Source of the DNA: Eledone cirrhosa
Taxonomy: Eukaryota
Length of the DNA: 64,000 nt
Direction: 5' to 3'
Assembly (NCBI GenBank): GCA_964016885.1
Contig: OZ024740.1
Location: forward strand, 151,900,001-151,964,000
The notes under the pieces are model-generated. The model was not told the origin of the DNA. It ran no database searches and saw only the letters and a list, made by a program, of their open reading frames with translations. The translations under genes were made by a program, and so were the position numbers. Every line of letters begins with the position of its first letter. Position 1 is the first letter of the stretch. Below are positions 55,597 to 64,000 of this stretch, one piece after another.

Positions 55597-58500
55597 CCAC
55601 AAGGGCGCACAAGAAAAGGGGACAATACAAAGACATGCCGGGGATTTGACATAAAGTCGTGTAAAAATATAAAAACAAACAATTACAACAATCGAAATCC
55701 CCAATAGGGGGAGGCGCCACAAATGGCTTGTTTAATACCCCGTCGATAGAACAACCCTCAACTCCAGGAGCGTGTTGTGCAAGTATTCCCTTCTTCCTTT
55801 TGCTCTCTTCTTCAACCTACAGGCTTATAAACAGAGAAGGCCCAATCACTCGGGCCATTTTCGCTTCATTCACCCACCTTTCAGTAAATTTACTGGGGTG
55901 CAGTGCCGCTCTCTCCACTCTGATTCTCCTACTAAAGTGATACTTAAAGAAGGCAATCAATTGTTGTCCGGAGAGAAAGTCATCTGTCCTCAGTCCTCTC
56001 AATCTCGTCCACCATATAACTTTATTCACCATAGCCACCGTACAGAGGAAAACCGCCTCTCTTTCGTTTTTGAAAGAGGCTGGCGGTTTGATCCTTACTA
56101 TGGACTCGGCAGTCAACTGGATTTGTGCCATACGCGACAGCAGTTGTTCTGCATAGTTCCACGGGTGGGTTACGCCCGGGCAGTGTACAATTGCGTGCAG
56201 GACTGTTTCAATGTCCTGCGCGCATCTTGGGCACGTCCTCTTGGAAGGATCCTTGACGCGGCGTCCGTGCCTGTAGATCTTATCACGAACCGGTAGAGCT
56301 CCTCGGGAGCACTGTCAGGCCAGGGACCTCTGGAAGTTGTCCACAGGTCTCGGGCGGAAAGTCCTACCAAACAGATTGGTGAGCTCATCGTCTTCGACGC
56401 CCAGAGTCTCTCCGAGCACGTAACGTAACAATCCCTCTATAGAATGTCGATGTGGAATCTCCACTGATTGCTGCATCCGCTTGCCAAAGGACTGAGAGCG
56501 CCTGAGCGCATTCAATGTGCCAGGCGCCCATCGTTTTCGGTCTTTTCTTGACCTAGGACTGCAGCTCCGTCAGCGAGACAAGCTGTGGGAAAGCCTGTCT
56601 CACAAACGGTGCCCACACCGGTTGCGGGTCGATGAGGAACACCTGGAGATGCCGCAGCCTCAGCGCATGTTTGCGCATCATCAGCCATGGCATTCCCAGC
56701 TCTCCGTTGGAAGGGTGATGACAGCAGACGGATCTCCTCACCAGCGGAGCCTGCTTCTTCCACAGAAACTGGAGGAGCATGCGTTCCATCTTGGCGAGGT
56801 GTTCACGGGGACAAGGCACGACAGTCAAGCTGTAGTAGATGACGGACGCTATGAAAGTGTTCGCCACCTCCGCTCGACCTTTCAAGGTCAGTTTGCACTC
56901 TCCCCACTTCTAGGTAAGTGCAAACACCTTGGCCGTGACCTCGTTCCAGTTTTTCTCGACCTGGAGGTCTGGACCGAACCAAAACCCGAGCAATTTCACC
57001 GGTCCGTCCGTCCAGCGTCCAACGACGCTGTCGGACGTCATCGGTTAGCCTCTCCACGTACCGAGTTGTAAACCGACATACTTGTCCGGGTTTAGTTTTG
57101 CTCCCGTCAGCGTTTCGTATTCTTTCAGTAAGTTGCCGACCACCCCGATTTCCGAGGTGCCGACACCATTACTGTCACGTCGTCGGCATAAGCCGACGCC
57201 ACTTTGCGCAGTCCCGGTTCTAGAGGGATGCCCTGCAACAGCTCCAATTTCCGCAGTAGTGGCTCTAGATTCAATACATACAGAATGGAGGAGAGAGGGT
57301 ACCCCTGTCGAATGGAACGCGTGATTGTGAACGGCTCCGATAGGTAGCCGTTCACCTTGACACTCGAGCAGATGCTGGTGTGCATCGCCTCGATCCAGCC
57401 TCTGAACACGGGACCGAAACCGGCCGCCTTAAGAACCGCTTCCAAGTATCGATGGTCGACCCTATCGAATGCCTTAGACTGATCCAAATTGATCAGAGCC
57501 CCACCGAAGCCGGGTTTACTACCCACCCTCTCTATGATGTATCGCATGAGGTGGAGGTTGTCGTGTATGGACCTGGTCGAGATTGCACACGTTTGCGCTT
57601 TCCCTACCAAGTTTTCGACCACAAGCGCCAACCTCGTCGCTAGCACCTTGGCCAAAATCTTTAACTCTGTGTTGAGCAGAGTTATGGGCCTGAAGTTGTT
57701 AATTTCGTCCCCCTTGTTCTCGTCTTTCCTGATCAGCGTTACTACGCCCTTACCTGCAGAACTGGGAATTCTCCCGTTCTGCTGCCAATTGCAGTAGACG
57801 GCTTCGAGGACGCCAGAGAACAAGTCCGGCATGCCTTTGTAAAACTCATAGGGTAGACCATCTAGACCAGGTGACTTGCGTTTCTCGCAGCGGCCCAGAG
57901 CGTCCAGTATCTCAGTGTCCATGATTGGTCTATCGCAGAACTTGGCGTCCGTGTTCGAGAGACGCGGCAGGCCGTCGAGGTATGAACTAAAGTCCATTGC
58001 CCCGTTCGGCTCACCATCGTTCTGCTCAAACAGTCACGCAAAGTGCTGCTGAAAGGCCGCGCACATTTGCTTGGGGTCAAGTAGCACGCGTCCGTTTTGA
58101 TCTTTCAAAGACCGAATCGTGGACTTGTTGCCACTTTTTGACTCCGGCACTTGGGCCCAGCTGACAACTTTCGCTCCTTCGTTTCCTAGAGCACGTGTTT
58201 TGCTTCTGACCACGCAGTCTTCGTGTTTCGCATCGAAGAACTGGTCCAGCGCCGTTCTCGACGCTAACACTCTAGCCGCATTTCCACTTCTAAGTGCCTC
58301 CTCTACCTTGGCTATTAGTTCTCTTTCTAGTTTTTTTTTTCTCTAAGGTTAACTCTCTGCTAAACCCTATCGATTCTATTCTAATTGCTTTCTTGAGAGA
58401 GTACCACCATCTATTGTTGACGATGGCTCCTGTTAACTGTTGCTTGACTAGTCTACTTATCCGTTCACTGTAAGCTTTACGTGCCGGCAATGACACGTTC

Positions 58501-61114
58501 AGCTTCCAGTATCCGGGTCCTTGTTTATGTGTTCTATCACGGTTGACTAAGCAGACGACTAATTTGTGATCTGAATAGGCAACCATGTGCATTCGTGGAC
58601 AGCTTAACATCTCCATTGTCCCTTTCTCTAATGAAGAACCTAAATACGATCTAGATGTCCCGCTGCGGTTTGCCCACGTCCACTGTGGTGCAGTCGGGAA
58701 ATTCAGTCGATACCTATCGGCCAGTTGGAATCGGCCGATTAAAGTTTTGAACCTGTTGCACCCTGCTCTACTGGGACATGCTCCCACTAAAAGTAAGGAG
58801 CGAGACGTTCCCAGAAAAGCCTCCAGACGCTTAAAGAAGTCTGGCCGTGATTGTGATTGCCCGATCGGGGCATAAACGGCCACCAGTCTGAAGGCTCCAC
58901 CTCCAATACTGTTCACGTCTAGGACTACCAGTCTACCCTCCGGGTCCAAGTGTACTTGCTGTACTTCGACGTCCAGGTTCTTCCGAAACATGACAGCCAC
59001 TCCACCCCCACCTCCTGGCTGACAGAGAGATGGGTATATCTCAAAGTCGTCGAAGATGGAGGTTAGTTGCTGCCTGGTGTGGATCCTGGACTCGGTGATG
59101 GCTATCACATCCATACCGTGTGACCTGAGATCATTTAAAAGTTGGCCCTGTTTCCAGGGAATCCCTAGGCCACGCACATTCACGCTTCCAACTCGTAAAC
59201 TAGCCATGTTGGTGAAGAAGAGTTGGAGAAAAAGGGCGAATGGTGCACTTACCTTTTCGTTTCCTGGAGATCGGGTTGTTCAATCTCCATTTGGGTACTG
59301 GATGGGGTGTTGGGTGGGGTGGGAAACATTTTAACAGGACGCAGTTGATGGGTTTCTGGCAGGGGTTGCCCACATCCTGTGAATTTATTTTTTAGGTCAT
59401 TATAGGTTTCCATAGAAACCCTTATAAGTTTAAGGTGTGGAGACGATTCTGCCTTGACGAAAGTGTTGCCCTCCGTCTCCACCTTGGAGTTTTCGGAGAT
59501 GACCTCCATCAAATTCTTGTTGTTTGTGTTGATGTATGCGTATTGTTGTTTGTGTTTTTGTTGTGTTGTTTAAGTTTGTTGTTCATCCAGGAGTTTTCTT
59601 TTTATGGTGGGTGCTTGTGTGTGGGGTGGTGTTGGTGTCGGTTTTGCTGATAGGGGGGTGTTTGACTGTGGTGTTGTTTGTGTTGTTGTTTGTGTCTGTG
59701 GTTGTGTGTTGGTGTTGGTGATTGGAGTTTTGGGGGTTTTGTGGTGTCTCTTTTTCTTTTAGATTTCCGCGGCTCTCCCTCTTCTTCACTTAAAGAAGGA
59801 GAAGCAGCTTCATCCGTCGATGAATAATCATCGTAGGGGTATGGTGTGTGGTGGTGGTGTTTCGGTGTGTGTGTTTGTGGTAGTGTTTGATGGAGTGGGA
59901 TGGAGTGGGGCGGTGTTCCTCAGGGGTGTTGTCTCTGTTTTTTCTGTTGTTGTTGGTTGAGTGTCTGTTTGTTTTGGTGTGGTTGCTCGTTTCGTCTGTC
60001 GTTGTACTTGTGGTGGTGGTGGTTGTTTCGGTGTTGGTGTTGGTAATAGTGTTTTTTTAATGATGTTGTTGTGTGTTTGTGAAGGACAAAAGGCTTTTAG
60101 GTGTGTTGTGCTACCACAGTGAAAGCAATGAAATGTTCGTCCTTCTACCGAAATGTTTATTTTGTTGTTATCATCGATGACGACTCTTTCGGGTATTTTG
60201 GATATTCTCTCCGGCCTCATTTGCAACAGAATCTCCAAATCATTACCCGCCCACCTTTGTCGAATAGACTTTCGTAACGAAAGAATCATATCAGTTTATG
60301 GCTCTACGAAGCCAGCCAAGATCCACCAGATGTTAATATTTGGGGGTATATATATATATTTTTTTTGTGTCCTTTTTTCCCATGTATGTGGGGGAAAAGA
60401 TGAATGCTTTTGACACCATTGGTGTCACAGAATGTTTTGGGGCGAATGCCTCGCTTTTAAACAGTACGGAAACACTTCCGTACTGTTTTCCTCGTTGGAG
60501 AAAATCGATATTTGCTAGAATTTCCTTGAAAGTAGCTTCTATATCTGCTTGACTAACAAATATCGGCTTTCTCGTGGAATTAGACACAGTCCTAAAGGTG
60601 ACTGATCTTCGAACTGTGTCTTCCTTTATTTCAAGGGGTGAGTTAATTCTAAACCCACCCTTCTCTTCGAAAGTTACACATTTTCTACCTTGCTGGAGCA
60701 TAACTCTTGCATGGGACATGTCAAGATTTATAAAATCTTGTTTTTTGTTCACTGTTTCAGCGAAATAGATTTTCTTTTTTTGTGTGCTGTTGCTGTTGTT
60801 GTTGTTATCGTTGTTAGCCTCGGTGTTGGAAATCTCAGTTCTTGACGAGGTGAAACTTTATGTGTAGATGTATCTGTGGAGGTGTTGATGTCTTTTTCAT
60901 GTGTATGTATGTTAATAGGTTTAATTTCTGTGTTTTCATGTGAGTTAGTGTTATTTTTCTCCGCTTCGACGGTAGAAATTGTACAATTTTCGAGTGGTAA
61001 CATTTTTTCCTCTTTGTTGACAGTCGTATCTATGACGACGTCCATAGTAGCATAAGCAGATATAACGTTAAAATCTGCCTCTTTCTCTCTATTTTCTCTG
61101 TTTACGTTCTCCAA
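55592..61114 (-). mobile_element. Tx1/L1-type LINE, near full length, disrupted
   Basis: ORF1 pieces with CCHC knuckle (CFHCGSTTHLKAFC); ORF2 APE (SVNVRGL..ITES..VYAP..SDHK, 58290-59207), RT (KSPGLDGL, FRPITLLN, LDQSKAFDRV, RQGYPLS, YADDV) and C-terminal domain to 55817. The 3' end joins (TC)n. Confidence 0.93.
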
Positions 61115-61119
61115 TCACA

Positions 61120-62068
61120 AAGGCAATTTAAAAATTAGTCGATTTTCCCCAATAGGGGGAGACAGTTCATATGGGTAACACATACCCGAAAAAAATGTGC
61201 AACCCTCATCTCCAGGAGTACGAAGAGTTTGTACTCCTTTCCTCTCCTCCTCCTTTTCCTCAACCTACAGGCTGATATAGAGAGAAGGCCCATTCTCTCG
61301 GGCCATTCTCGCCACTTTCACCCACCTTTCATAAAACTTGCTGGGGTACAGCACCTCTCTCTCCACCCTGATTCTTCTTCCAAAGTGGTATTTGAAAAAA
61401 GAATCAGTTGTTGGCCGGAAAGAAAGGTGTCTGACCACAGCCCTTTCAACCTTGTCCACCATACAACCTCTTTCGCCATAGCTATCACATAAAGGAAAAC
61501 CGCCTCTCCTTCGTTTTTGAAGGAGGGTGGCGGTTTGATCATGACAATGGACTCGGTGGTCAACCGGATTGGTCCCACCCACGACAATAGTCGTTCTACA
61601 TAGCCTCACAGGTCGGTTACGCCCGGGCAGTGTATGAATGCGTGCGCGACGGTTTCTTCGTCTCGCACGCACCTCGGACAGATCTTTTTTGCAGGGTCCC
61701 TGCCCGGGCGCCCATGTCTGTAGAGCTTGTCTCGAACTTGTAGAGCTCCTCGGTAGCGCTGCCAGGCCAGGGACTTTTGGAAGTTGTCCATCGGTCCCAG
61801 GCGGAAGATCCTACCGAACAGACTGGCCAGTTCATCTTCCTCTACGCCTAGAGTTTCAGCGAGCGCGTCGTCGCACTTGCTGCGGATCAACCCTCTATAG
61901 AATGAGGAAGTGGGAAGGCTCACGACTCGTCTCGCTGACCGAGCTGCAGTCCTGGGTCAAGCAAAGACTGAAGAAAATAGGCGACTGTCACATCGAATGT
62001 GCTCAGGCGTTCACAGCCCTCTGGCAGGCGGACTCGGCGATCAGTGGAGACTCCACCTCGTCATTCTA
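61120..62068 (-). mobile_element. Second, diverged Tx1/L1 3' fragment with an inverted 5' segment (about 61921-62068 on plus)
   Basis: FYRGL..NFQKSLAW..CPRC..ETVAHAFIHC..KFYERWV. The plus-strand LVSLTELQSWVK..GDSTSSF is the immediately upstream ORF2 segment. Confidence 0.88.
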
Positions 62069-62149
62069 AGATAGATAGATAGATAGATGTATACATATAT
62101 GAAGGCGCGTGGCTTACTATTTAGGACGTTGGATTCACAAGAAGGTTGT

Positions 62150-63110
62150 ACATTGGTATTTTAGATGAAAAACACAGACTGTAGGGAGGATAAACAATAC
62201 TAAAACCTGACATGGAGATCTAACACTTCACAACATCCCACCATGAAGGATATCTCCATGCAATCCAGACACAAGAAATCCCCACTAAGTACCTTCTGCT
62301 AAAAGAGGAAGGCCATCAGTTGACAATAAATATATTCTGGGCAAAACAAAGATTAAAGATGTAACCACATTATTGTCAACTGTGAAGGGAAGGGCGGTGA
62401 ATTGGCAGTATCGGTAGAGCGTCAGACACCATGTTTTACAGCATAGAGTTATGGCTCTTTGCGTTCTGAGTTCAAATCCCTCCGAGGTTAACTTTGCCGT
62501 TCATCCTTACGGGGTCGATAAAATAAAGTACCAGTAACGCTCTGGGATAATTGCTGGCCTTGTGCCAAAAGTAGAAACAATTATTGTCAACTGTGAAAAA
62601 ATGTCTTCTTCTCACTACCTCCCTATGAGACATGATGTGGTACCTAGAACGTTCTGCAATGCATTACGGAAAACGAAAGTAAAATCAAATATGGAGGAAT
62701 AAGTTGAGACTCAAAGATGGCTCAACGTAATATTGGTTGAAACTGAAAATAAAAACTGCCATAATTTAAAGTACAACCGGCCTGATACTGTTGTTTGGGA
62801 CCACACATTAACACATATTCTGTTGTACATATCAGCTCTCACTTGATGTTAATGTGGTAAGAAAAACACAATGGAAGGAGAATATCTACGGACAATTGAT
62901 GAGGTCTTTGCAGATCCAGTATCCAAAATAGACGTTCAGCTTCATGTCCACCATTATAATTAGAGTTATATACCAGCCCACATGAACCAAAGTATCAACT
63001 TGGAAGTATGCTGAAAGAACGTCGCTCCTTAATACAAAAGCTACAAATAGCTGCGATATCTGAAACCTTCGAAATTTGTAAAATATTGTTACGATTCAAA
63101 AGATAAACGC
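62150..63110 (+). pseudogene. Degenerate R4/Dong-like 3' fragment interrupted by a SINE
   Basis: AIQTQEIPTKYL..YLPMRHDVV..KYNRPDTVVWD..KENIYGQLMRSLQ; colinear with 18900-19700. Confidence 0.7.
62387..62579 (+). mobile_element. Full-length SINE family 1 with 18-bp TSD
   Basis: TSD attattgtcaactgtgaa at 62369-62386 and 62580-62597. Confidence 0.88.
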
Positions 63111-63231
63111 TAACACATAAGACGAATTCCCTTTCCTTAAAGCCTTGCCACCGGGAAGGTGGCCGGTCAGAGATAAACTCAAAATTAAGAGAAAGAAAGT
63201 ACATACATACCAAAATACATACATACATAAA

Positions 63232-64000
63232 TGGTGGCTGCCAACTCGTTTTCGAGTACGGCCACTACTTTATATCCATGTAGGAGAACCCCTACCGATG
63301 CGCTGAATGAGTGTGGCTTTTTAGTCCAGCCAGCGACTTGAAAACTCTGGTACAAACACTACACTTGTGACAATTATTGACACATAGTGCTGGGCCATGT
63401 GACGACAAGTGCAGAGAGATCTCCAGATATAAAGCAATGCCTGTGCCATGAAGCTTTTATAGTGAGCAAAGGCACTGCACAAAGCCAGTCCCACTCTCTT
63501 AACCAAGATGATAGTTACCAAAAAGAAGAACAAGTCAACATCATTGGATACCATCAGGGTTGCAGGTGTTATATCAGAGTTTTCCTTCTCCTAGAATTCT
63601 GCCTTGACAAAGGCTAAGGGGTCATCTCTCCCGGTCATTTTGGATGGCCATTGACTCTCAAGAGCTCCTTTACCACTAGGTGCTACTGGTAACATGTATC
63701 CCAGTACAACCTGTCTCATGGTCGGGTCGTTGGCGACTAAACTGGCAACCCCACTAAGGTTTCTTGGTGAGGAGGGTGACTTTGGACATCCTGCAGGACT
63801 AAAAACAAAACCTGTCAAAGGGCAAAGGAGATCTCTCTGCACTTGTCGTCACATGGTACCAAAGTCAAAGCACTATGTGTCAATAATTGTCACAAGTGTA
63901 GTGTTTGTACCAGAGTTTTCAAGTCGCTGGCTGGACTAAAAAGTCACACTCGTTCAGCGCATCGGTAGGGGTTCTCCTACATGGATATAAAGTAGTGGCC
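63232..64000. mobile_element. RTE-derived element with inverted copies of its 3' end
   Basis: 63260-63424 is the reverse complement of 63827-64000. The arm encodes CSVCTRVFKSLAGLKSHTRSAHR*, an RTE-type C-terminal C2H2 finger. Confidence 0.7.

Overview
Repeat-dense, AT-rich eukaryotic (invertebrate) DNA. The microsatellite load and SINE families look cephalopod/Octopus-like, which is an inference. No host gene could be established. The window is mostly retroelement remains. (1) Penelope-like elements (PLEs; RT plus C-terminal GIY-YIG, Naiad-like Cys pattern) of several families, nearly all inserted in (TA)n, with direct or inverted pseudo-LTRs. One has an uninterrupted 503-aa RT-EN frame (49717-51228). 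(2) A near full-length but disrupted Tx1/L1-type LINE (55592-61114, minus) ending in (TC)n, plus a second copy with a 5' inversion. (3) CRE-like, R4/Dong-like and RTE fragments, a Tigger/pogo fossil, tRNA-derived SINEs and a 3.3-kb 51-bp minisatellite. The main discovery signal, not visible in the ORF track, is a dense and diverse set of type I hammerhead ribozyme (HHR) motifs carried by the PLE-type repeats. These include canonical cores (40555, 44672, 6546, 17736), a U3-A8 covariant core (48362, 51615), a family-fixed U4A core in 6 copies, U4C cores, and branched or very large helix II inserts. Also present are a 486-bp retrozyme-like unit, a circularly permuted tRNA-containing unit, and recurrent fold-back or truncation within HHR helix II. 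All folds were derived by eye, and no activity is demonstrated.
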